DNA of 64,000 nucleotides from Styela clava. Taxonomy: Eukaryota. A program made the position numbers and the translations under genes. The notes beneath the pieces are model-generated. The model worked only from the letters and a program-made list of their open reading frames with translations. It searched no databases and was not told the DNA's origin. Of this stretch, positions 54,435-64,000 are shown piece after piece (position 1 is the stretch's first letter; each line of letters starts with the position of its first letter). The stretch lies in NCBI RefSeq assembly GCF_964204865.1, contig NC_135257.1:8742001-8806000 (forward strand), given 5' to 3'.

Positions 54435-54520
54435 CAGGGGTGGCCAACACGGTCGACCGCCTTGCTCGGGCAGTCGATCGCGTCTGACGTTGAGTGAATT
54501 TTATTGAAATACCCCCCAAA
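54435..54520 (+). mobile_element. Left end of a hAT MITE (right end not found)
   Basis: CAGGGGTGGCCAAC with GGTCGACC/GTCGATCG motifs, preceded by AGCTAGAG (nnnTAnnn). Confidence 0.55.
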
Positions 54521-55125
54521 ATTGCCTCGAACCATTTGTGTGTTTTACAACAGGAAGAATACAGTCCTTTACATGCGCAAAATACAATATACATATACAG
54601 TATTTGAGTCTGGGCAAGCCCGATGAAGCATATTATTTCGTAACTAATGCAGGTCTGCTACCAAGGTTTAAAAATGAAGTGCCGAATATGTCTTCTAGAC
54701 TTTAGAGTCTAGATTAGACTGACAAACGATCCTACAATACCTTCAGCAGTATGAGTTTTTGGTTCACTTTCAAATAACTGTAGATTTAAAAAGTGAATGA
54801 TTGTTGATGATGAATTACCAAGTGATAGGAACAATTCTTCTTAAGCATGAATTGAACTGCGCTACTGTTTGTCCCTGGTGAAATGAAATACCTGGCCAGA
54901 ATATATTAAATTGCATGCTTTTTTGTCAATGCAAACCTGTAATTACATCAGTCGATATTCATCAACAGTTCAAATCGGAACAATAGTATAAAACTCGTAC
55001 TAACGTTAACGATTGGTCAAGTACCTCTCAACCTTCAGCTAATCGCATTAGTGAAAGCGACGTGCGGTCAGTGAGGTACGAAACACTACATTCGATGAGA
55101 TATCGTACTGTACGTTTACTGTATA

Positions 55126-58100
55126 ATGGCCGACGCTGAGGAAAATTGCGATGAAATTGAATTGGAATTCCAGTCAGGCACTCAAGACGACTGGGAAATG
55201 ACTGAAGCAATGGTAGATAATAACAATAGCGAGAAAATATCGATGAAAAACGAGGAACATTATTTTAAAAATGAACAACGTGTTATAATCAGACAATCCA
55301 CATTTCTCGCTATTGGCGCCGCCGGAATTTTTGCAGCATTTTCTGGAGTAATAAATCTTCAATCGTCGTTAAATTTTGAAGAATCCCTGGGCACGTCAAG
55401 TTTGGCAATTTGCTATGCGACCACAATAGTATTAAATGCAACAGTGGTTCCATTCCTTCTTCAAATCTTCGGAGCAAAATTTTTACTGCTGATGAGCGAC
55501 ATCGCTTTCATTGCCTACACATTGGCAAATCTCTACCCAGGTACGTGAATCAGTGTAATTTAAAAGAGAGAACAAGAGAGCGTCAAGTCTAGTGACGTGC
55601 CCACGCCGAAGTTTGTTTTGACGAAAAGCCGTCATGCGTGCGTCAATGCGGCCTTCCGTTATAACCTCGGTCCTAAAGTAGCATCACTGAAACTTCAGTA
55701 TACAAATTATTGTATATTTCAACTTAAATATTCATGCAGTTTTTCCACTCCGTCGCTTTAATCAAAGGTCTGCAGTGAACTTGGGCGCTGGCCGCTACTA
55801 AGTATAGAAGGAGAGAAATCTTTACGTTGCAGGCTGCAGCATAGGTTACACAATTTGTCAAATTGCGAGCTTAATTTCTTTCATTTCACTGAAGTCAGGT
55901 TGTCGATCCTCATTAAAATATAACAATCACTGATGTTATTCTCTTGCTGAATAAAACATTTTCTATTTTCAGTGAAGCACAGTCTTTATCCTGCCGCCGC
56001 TATATTGGGAATTGGGGAGGCATTTGTATGGCCAGCCATAACAATGTTCAACGCGCAATTTGGAACGCAGTATGCTAAGCACACTTTCAAAGGTATTGAA
56101 ATGCAACGTTAACTTAAATAATGCGTTTTTAGTATGTTCGGTATATGCACTTGGTGGAAATGCGGCATTTTGGGCAGTATATTGTCTAGAAAGGAGTTTT
56201 AAAATCTCATGCTACTATTTCTATATTATCATGGTCGCATAACTCAAATCGAAATATTTTCCAATTTTATCATCGATATAGTCAAATTTGGATCACTCTG
56301 CAGATTGTGGGCTATTACGGTCAGGAGGACGGGTAATCATAGATCCTAACAACCTCATTGCTTTTTAGGGGCTGAAATATAAAAGTTTTGCATTGCAAAC
56401 TTGAGCTCTGCCAGCCAAAAATAACAGGTAATTTAGAATCCTTGATTTGCATTTTATTGACATTCCAGTCGAGTTCAGCTTAAATTCTAAAACCTTGGTA
56501 CCGTTGGCGAATTAGATATATTGGATAACACCGGCTGCACTTGGAGAAAGCTTTTTGCAATATGCGATTTGATTTATAAGCCAAAGAGATGAGGTCATTT
56601 CATGCATAAGATTTATTAACAACTTTTAATGCAGGAAATGCGAGGAAGAAGAATGAACTAGACGTGGATCTGATTGAATTAACTTGGAAGCAAACTAGAT
56701 GGTTTACTGGAAGATTTTTTGCTATTTTTGCAATTCATCAGGTCTGTTTTGATTTGATTATTGCTAGAAGAAAATATCACAGACGTACCAGTAATCTAGC
56801 ATTTGCATTTTTGATGGAATGTATTTTTATTTTACTGTGTAGGCAAAGGACAATTTTCAATGGGGTATCATGCGTACAATCATTGCCAACACTCCTTTCT
56901 ATTTCAGATAGCTGGAAACCTTATAGCGTATATTATATTGGTATTCGATTCTGAGAAGATGAGTAACAACGCTACAACGATAAATAATTTAACCAGGCAA
57001 GTCTTTGAAGTTATTTTACTAAACTCCAAAATGTTCACACTCAAGAGAAAATTGAAAGTACAAATATTTGTTTTGTTACTTACGTAACTCTTGAAAAAAG
57101 ATTGATTCTTCCGAAAAACATGGAATAATTTTGAACATTTTTCAGCTTTTATTTATAGATATGTATTTATATGGAGTTGTTTAAATAATTGTTCTTTTAA
57201 GATTTTGTGAAAGAAGTTATATTTTCTGAAATTACAGAGCAAAATATAGGAACATAGTATAAAAATTTGCATTTGCAGATTAATTTGTGTTTTCTCCTAG
57301 TGTTCTGATGCGACTGTTGGGTATATTGAAAACGGACTCGATATCCATTTAAACCAGGGCCGCATTTACCATACATGGGGTAATCTTGGCTGAAGCCTAG
57401 AGGCCTCATTTCTTGGTGGCCTCGAAATTCGATTTTGATCTATTAATAACTATTTTGAAGTCGTTTTTAATTAGTAAATGCTTATTCTGGATTCAAACAG
57501 ATTTAAAATTTTAAATATCTGATAGTTGTTTAATTTTTTAATTCGGTTAATAATTTTTGTAACAAATATTTACCGTTCAAAAGATTGAAAAATTAAATAC
57601 GGCCGTGCAAATGAATCTTTCGAAATTTGCCAAACTCTTACTTAACCTTAAAAACAAATTCAACTTACAGTCCAAATGACTGTAATTAGACTACGATCCT
57701 GCCAGTAACAAAAATATCGTATTTCACGCATTTTATATTTAATTTCGGACAATTTTTTATTTTGACGACATGGTGAATTCTTCATTATATCATTGAAGAG
57801 CCTCACAAATGGCGTAGCCTAGGGCAGGGCTACTCAACTGGCGGACCGCGTTCCGAATCCGGACCTTTTGGGTATTCGATTCGCACCGCGCCTAATTTTT
57901 TTTTATTTTGGATCATTAGCCCCACTTTTGAAGTTTCCTTTTATAAAATCACTTTTATAGATTCAAATAAATATATATACGAAAAGAACTGAAACGCCAT
58001 AATAGGCAATCTTGATTAGCTAATAATCATTAGTCGGCCGAGGGAGTGCGTGTTTAAGGATGCCGAAATATATATTTCTAGAAAGACCGGACCCAAATAT

Positions 58101-60373
58101 TTTTGACGTTTTGTATGCGGATCTTCGGTAAAAATAGTTGAGTAGCCTTGGCCTAGGGTTTCAACGTTTCAATCCGGCCTTGATCTGAACTAAAATATCC
58201 AAGATGTTATAAGTAGATAGTAACAAATTTTTTCCTATTCCAGCATAAATTTCACGGATATAACAGAATTTCAATGTGGCGCACAAGATTGCTATGAATA
58301 TGACGTGGTTCAAGAAGAAATGGGGTCCGCGAAAAACAATTTCGGCGTAGAAAATTCATTGTTAAGAATTTTACTCTTCGTAGGTTATGGATTGATACAA
58401 ATTTTATCTTTGATATTCCATAAAGTGTTTCTCAAAGAATCTCATTCATCTAAAAATAAAGACAATTCCTCAAGATTATCGTTACGTGCAATCGGAAGAT
58501 TTCAGACTAAGATTTTAAGGCATATGGTGTCACCTCTTCAAATTCTCATCGCTCCCTTGAACATATACAGTGGGATGATGATGGGATTCATATTCGGGGA
58601 TATAACGAGATCATTCATCTCTTGCCCACTTGGAGTAGAACAGGTTAGTTTTTATCACGGTAAACGCTTGCAAAAGTTATTATTTGTCACTCCGGAAATG
58701 ATTCGTGTTATTCAAAAACCAAATTCATGTGCTGATCCCTCGTTTTTTTAGTTTATGCCACTTAATCACTATTCAGTTACAACACTGCGTTAGCAATATA
58801 TATGATCTTCGATTCAAATGCACGAAAACGCCAAATCGAATATCACATAATTTTCATTTTTTTATTTCTTGCAATTGTTGGACCCATCTTTTTCATATGG
58901 GATTTCTATCGCATATGAGATGTTTCATTCATTGACACAGTGCATGTAATGGTAAAATGCTCATTTTGATGTTGGAGTCGATAGAATTCAATCAAGTTTT
59001 GTTGAGATTATGAGGGAAAACCCGATATCGTTTAATAACCAGCTTTGTTAGACGTGTTTCGAACACAGAAAATAAACCGTATGAAATGTAGTAGTATTTA
59101 GTTATTAAATAATACATTTGCGTCGCCTTTGCCAAAATTATGTGAGACATAAACAAAACTATTTGCTTCTATTTAATGTTTCTCACATTTCTAGGTTGGG
59201 TTGGCCATGGCATTATTCGGCGTGACAGCTACAGTAGGATCGGTACTTTTTCAACGACTGTCTGCTTCTTTTGGCAGAAACTCTTTCGTCGGACTTGCCT
59301 ACGTATTGGAAACTTCGGTATTGATTTTCTGCATGTTTTGGCATCCTATGGAGTCTAAGGCCTGGCAGATTTATTCCATTATCGCTTTTTTTGGTCTGCC
59401 GGATGCCGTGAGACAAGCAGCCGTTGCAGGTAATATTCTAAATGAAAAAAAATTGGCATTTAAAAAAAAATAAGACTCAGAATTGTTGGTTGACCCAGTC
59501 TGCTTTTAACAATAAACTATTCCCTTTGTTCTTACATTGTTTTAAATTACAATTATTTAACGTTTGAGTGACCTTTACATGAATTGAATATTTCAAAGCC
59601 TATCGTTCAAAAGTAGGCTATGTCCATTGCGTGTTGGTGTTTCGATTCATTATAAACTAAATTTATATATGAAGATACGCATTTTTTTCTGATAAACCTC
59701 AAGACGTCTCTTTAAATGGTCGAGTTAAACGAATTCTTTTAAGTCAGTCCTCAAAATTTAAAATTAGACTCGAATAATAAGCTTCATGGAAAGCTACGTG
59801 TTTAAATTGCTTTACGTGGTCTGAAATAATAACATTCAAACAATATATATTCGTTGCCACACCAGGCATGGTAATTTATCTTCTCATTGTTATGTTCATA
59901 TTACTTCGAAGGTGTCATGATTTCATCACAAAATATTCCATGGCAAAACGACGAAAGATCGCGTGACAATCGTTCCGCATATTTGCATACATATAATATC
60001 GTGACTAATACCCACCCACCTAATAGTTATATATATATATGAGGATTTTGTAATACAAAAGAATATAATTACGTAATAACTACAAGCAAAACTATCGTTT
60101 TGGTGCCATTTATCACGTACGTTTTTCTTGACTATTTTCACAGCGACCTATCCGGAATATTTTGCCAAGAACAAGAGTGTTGCTTTCAGTATGCTATCGT
60201 TGTTAACCAGCATGGGATTTACAATCATGTTTGCATTGGGAACATCAATCTGTGTCGACACTAAAATCATCATTTTAATTTCCATGTTGACTTTCTCAGT
60301 AACTTGCTATTCAATCGCTGAAATTTATTTTCATAAAGTGGAACGTAAACGGTTCCATGAAGAAACGAAATAA
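55126..60373 (+). CDS. UNC93-like MFS-fold membrane protein (UNC93A-like), about 531 aa, 7 exons
   Basis: Exons 55126-55540, 55973-56092, 56635-56741, 56908-56996, 58244-58643, 59195-59429 and 60144-60373; total 1596 nt, in frame. UNC93 motifs: FAAFSGVINLQSSLN...LGTSSL, YTLANLYP, ILGIGEAFVW, QIAGNLIA, CGAQDC, PLNIYSG..GFIFGDITRSFISCPLG, FGLPDAVRQ, GFTIMFALG. Confidence 0.9.
57355..58182. mobile_element. hAT (Tip100-type end) MITE hosting a nested insertion
   Basis: TIRs CAGGGCCGCATT / AATCCGGCCTTG. Degenerate TSD ATTTAAAC / ATCTGAAC (6/8). Confidence 0.78.
57825..58150. mobile_element. hAT (Buster/Charlie-type) MITE nested in the previous element
   Basis: TIRs CAGGGCTACTCAACT / AGTTGAGTAGCCTTG. 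Perfect TSD GCCTAGGG at 57817-57824 and 58151-58158. Confidence 0.93.
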
Positions 60374-60717
60374 TCTGTGCGCGTTTCCACAAAACCGAAA
60401 AAGGCCTCTAAGATAGAATAATATAATTATGTTGAAATATGATAACATGTATAACTCAGGGTTTGATTTTGCAATGTAATACAATAATCATTTATTCGTT
60501 AAGTATTTTTGTTGATGTCCTCAAGATTTCAGATAAATATTGTCGCAGAATAACGTGAGCAATAATTAATATATATCGTACAAAGACTTTAGGAAACTGA
60601 TTTCACAACAGCTTTATCGTGGAATTCTATGGAGTTTTGTCATGAAAATTTTCTGTACTTCAACAATCGAATTTATTTTTCCTAGTAATAGCTGATAACC
60701 CGTTCTAAGTCTGTAGC

Positions 60718-60827
60718 GGTACTCCTGAAGTATGCGCACCAAGATGTCGCATAACCTGAACCCTAATCTGGTACACAACCTGAGTTCAGGTTGTGCGCCA
60801 TCTTGGTGCGCATACTTCGGGAGGTCC
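60718..60827. mobile_element. Short foldback MITE, same family as 63613-63873
   Basis: GGTACTCCTGAAGTATGCGCACCAAGATGTCGCA / TGCGCCATCTTGGTGCGCATACTTCGGGAGGTCC, with internal AACCCTAA. Confidence 0.85.
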
Positions 60828-62159
60828 AAAATTTCATTTCTTGAGCGTTTTTTCCACTCTGAGCAAAAACATTTCCACTCCGGAGTCGATTGTAAATCTG
60901 CCAGTCTCCACAGCCCTGTGCGCCACTCGGTGATTTTATGTATAACGATTTTATAAACCAAATATCAGTGCTACTCTTGCAGAGACGATCAATGTGCCAG
61001 TGGGAGTGAGCACCACCGCTAACGGTACCACACTATTTACTAATGAAAAGAGAGCGTTACCGATTTGCTCACAGTCACCCTGACCGTTTGGCGGCAATGG
61101 CGTTCGAATAAACGAGGGTTGGATTTTTTGGTGAGACTGCTTGAAGCAAGTTCATGTGACACCACTATAACGCTTACAGACTCATTATTGCCGCCACATA
61201 AAAGTCAGTTATGCAATTGCCAAAGGCAATACTTGAAAAGTATTTTCTGCATTTTTGTTAAATTATATTTGTGCATTATTTTTTTTATTAAAAATAATAT
61301 AAGAGTGCAAAGACAAGGTTGTGAATGAAAGCGCATAAAGAATTAAATTATTAAAGCTAAAATAGGTATATTTTCATGTCGAAACGAGTATAAAGTGGAA
61401 GGGGAGAACAAAATATATAACTTATAACGATAGAAACAAAACATCGACAGAAGACAACCAAAAGTGACAGTTTATATGAATGAAACAATTTTGGAATATG
61501 ATTGTAATAAATGATATGAAACGCAAGGTGTTCTCCCAGGTACAAATTCTATTGCACGATTATCCGTTCTTGGAGACGGTCGTTTTCAGGGAAGTTGGAC
61601 ATCAAGATAATATTTTTAAAGAGGATTTGTTCCAGTGACAACTGAAACACCATGAGCTGCTAAAGAATTGCAATTGGATGATTAAAGTACTATAGCGCAA
61701 ATGAAAGAAAACATCAATTCTATTTTAGTTGAACGAAAGGGTGCCAATTTTCAGTCTTGGAAAGTAATGGTAGAGATCCAACACTATGTTATGTTAGATA
61801 CATATAAATAATGGCAACTTGGCAAGTATGAGGCAAAAAGTACTCACAATTAAGAATTTTGAGTGAATATAATAACACTGCAAATTTATCAGATAGCAGT
61901 AAAATTAATATGATTTTAAAATATTTCCAACCACAGCTGTACTTGTATTTTTCACACTTTTACTAAAATAAAGCACAAATCAGGGCAATTGTGTAGATGG
62001 ATGGACCAAACCAACTATCATATAATACCTTCGATGAGCGATTTTTCATGTCCATGCACAAGTATCCACAGACATATAACGATATTATGTAAGAAACTAT
62101 ACTAGGTATATTTTGGAGGTACCTAATCTTTTCAGTTTAGATTGCCTACACAATTTACT

Positions 62160-62260
62160 ACACCCTGGGTGAGATTGTATGGTATTGATAGGCATGAGAC
62201 TTTAACCCGAGATGTTTAAGCCACGACGCCAACATAGATCATTGCTTTAACCACTAGGCC
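62160..62260 (-). mobile_element. Degenerate tRNA-derived SINE head
   Basis: The minus strand has GGCCTAGTGGTTAAAGC (A-box) and a degraded B-box GGGTTAAAGTCTC. Confidence 0.5.
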
Positions 62261-62326
62261 AAATCTACCATCACTAACCATGAGAGGTAAATACCAGCTC
62301 TTGTTCGATTTGCAAACCAAACTGAT

Positions 62327-64000
62327 TCATTTACTCTCAAATTGCGCTTTATGAAGAACCTTCAAAAATTCTATCCGAACTTCTGACGCTTTCCGCGGTG
62401 ACAACATCTTGAATTGTGGAACGAGTGACAACAAAAAAAATTCATCAGGGTCGCTGGAATTAGTGCTGCTTTGTGTCTGACAATGATGTTTGACAGTTTG
62501 TATTCCTGATGAACTAGGTTGCATGGTTTCTTTTATCTTTTCTGATATGCAATTAAAACAATTTGCAATTTGTTTAGAATTCTATGTCAGATATTGAGGT
62601 CAATTAAAACGGAGAGTAATAAATAAAAGTACTAACAGTACAAAAATGCTTAAATGTTTGATGCAGAAGTGTACATTATGTTATTCCTATCTGTGGCAAG
62701 GGAAACATACGTATCTGCGGTAAGAAGTAGACAAGAAGAAAAGACTTGCAGTTCAATGTATAATATCTGTATATCCTCTGGACTTACAGTTTGTAATACA
62801 AAAATGTGGTGAAATGTTACAAATTTAATATTACAGTAATATAAAAAGACTCATAGTTTTTTAGTAAATTAAATATCAATGTATTCTATTAAGGCCAGTA
62901 GTATATCTAAACCAGAGTACCCTTATATCAACAAAAGTAATTACCGGTACATTGGCAAACAGTCAAAACTGAAACCAATCCTATCGTTACCATGATATGA
63001 ATTTTTTACCTGTTTTTGAAACTAGTGAACGAAGTTCATCCTCATGATCTTCATTATTGACTGCAAGAAATGAAAACCAATGATCAAAAATGTGATTAAT
63101 TTCTCCAAACTAATAATCTGATGTCAAAAAGATATTCAGACCCTACTTTTCTGAAAAAAAGTTTTTATTTACCAATATTTAAACCTGGGGTAGTAAAACA
63201 GAATGGTAGAAATGTTATTCAGTTCAAAACCAAAACTGAATAATATACTATAATGAATAAATTCTGGAACAATGTCTTAAATATGAACTATTGAACATAT
63301 TTCGTTCAACAAAGATTATGTAGATTGTATGTAGTATTCAATGTTTATTCAACTAGTTTTAAGATAATGCAGGAAAGTTGAGATAAACAATGATTTGTTT
63401 CATTCTTATGTTATTACGATTTTTAATAAAGAAAAGCTATTTTGGCCTTACTGTAAAACTTTTAATTGCTCAAATAACAATTTTTCAAATGGTAAATTAT
63501 TTCTAACCCAAATATCTGTATTATCCACTCATATTGGATCTATTCAAATTTTTGAATGGTTTGGGATATCCCTTATTAGAAGGTCATTCAAAGACACTTT
63601 TTATGAAATATTGGTTGCTCCCGGAGTATGTGAACCGAGATGGCGGACAGTCGGACACCAATCAGTAGCATGTGTACCAGGTTAGGGTTAGGAATAATTA
63701 CAGGTACAAATACTACGGGAGTCACTTGGCTAGTCCCCGAACTCGTAATAGAACTAAAATAAGGAAAATTGGAATAAAATTATGGCCTAACCCTAACCTG
63801 GTAGTCGGTACACATACTACGTTCAGACTTTCAGTGTCCTCCGCCATCTTGGTTTACATACTTCGGGAGTACCAAATATTGTTATATAATGATATTTAGA
63901 GTATTTTCAAGTTATGTTAATTAAACTAACCTGGATGTATTTTTCGTGAAGAAAATGTTTTCTTATTTTGATTCATAATTTTCTGAGCAATTTCATCAAC
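62327..64000 (-). CDS. BESS-motif protein (MADF-BESS/Adf-1-like), 3' exons; gene continues beyond the window
   Basis: Exons >64000-63931, 63060-63010 and 62541-62327 join in frame (GT-AG, phase 1). The C-terminal DPDEFFLLSLVPQFKMLSPRKASEVRIEFLKVL is a BESS-type motif. Confidence 0.72.
63613..63873. mobile_element. Long-TIR foldback MITE with inverted telomere-like repeats
   Basis: Arms GG..CTCCCGGAGTATGTGAACCGAGATGGCGGA / TCCGCCATCTTGGTTTACATACTTCGGGAGTACC, with inner TACCAGGTTAGGGTTAGG / CCTAACCCTAACCTGGTA. Flanked by the direct repeat AAATATT (63606-63612, 63874-63880). Confidence 0.88.

Noticed and set aside
63786-63798. CTAACCCTAAC as a telomerase RNA template or telomere
   Set aside because: It lies inside a MITE arm, mirrored by its inverse, and has only two units.
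1-64000. CRISPR arrays, prokaryotic operons, rRNA, and U1/U2/U4/U5/U6 or SL RNA genes
   Set aside because: No repeat-spacer arrays or signature sequences were seen by eye, and the DNA is spliceosomal-intron eukaryotic sequence.

Overview
AT-rich, intron-rich animal genomic DNA; an invertebrate chordate such as an ascidian is my inference, not something shown directly. There are no prokaryotic features or CRISPR arrays. From left to right: the 3' part of USP14 (+, 8 exons visible); a convergent TTC39C with an intronless CDS (-); a 5'-truncated CR1/L2-type LINE; a 42-exon P-Rex (PREX1/2) gene of about 1795 aa (+); a hAT (Tip100/ZMYM1-like) transposon with an open but probably crippled transposase; a 7-exon UNC93-like transporter with a probable GC-AG intron (+); and the 3' end of a BESS-domain gene (-). 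Introns and spacers carry tRNA-derived SINEs and many hAT MITEs, several with perfect 8-bp target-site duplications (TSDs) and one nested pair. Two signals are missed by the ORF track. One is a complete U3 snoRNA gene with a PSE-like element, antisense inside P-Rex intron 9 and with variant boxes. The other is a ~180-bp near-perfect palindrome in P-Rex intron 17: one arm is a Penelope-type minimal hammerhead ribozyme, and the other is the same sequence with stem II deleted. All calls were made by eye; no searches were run.
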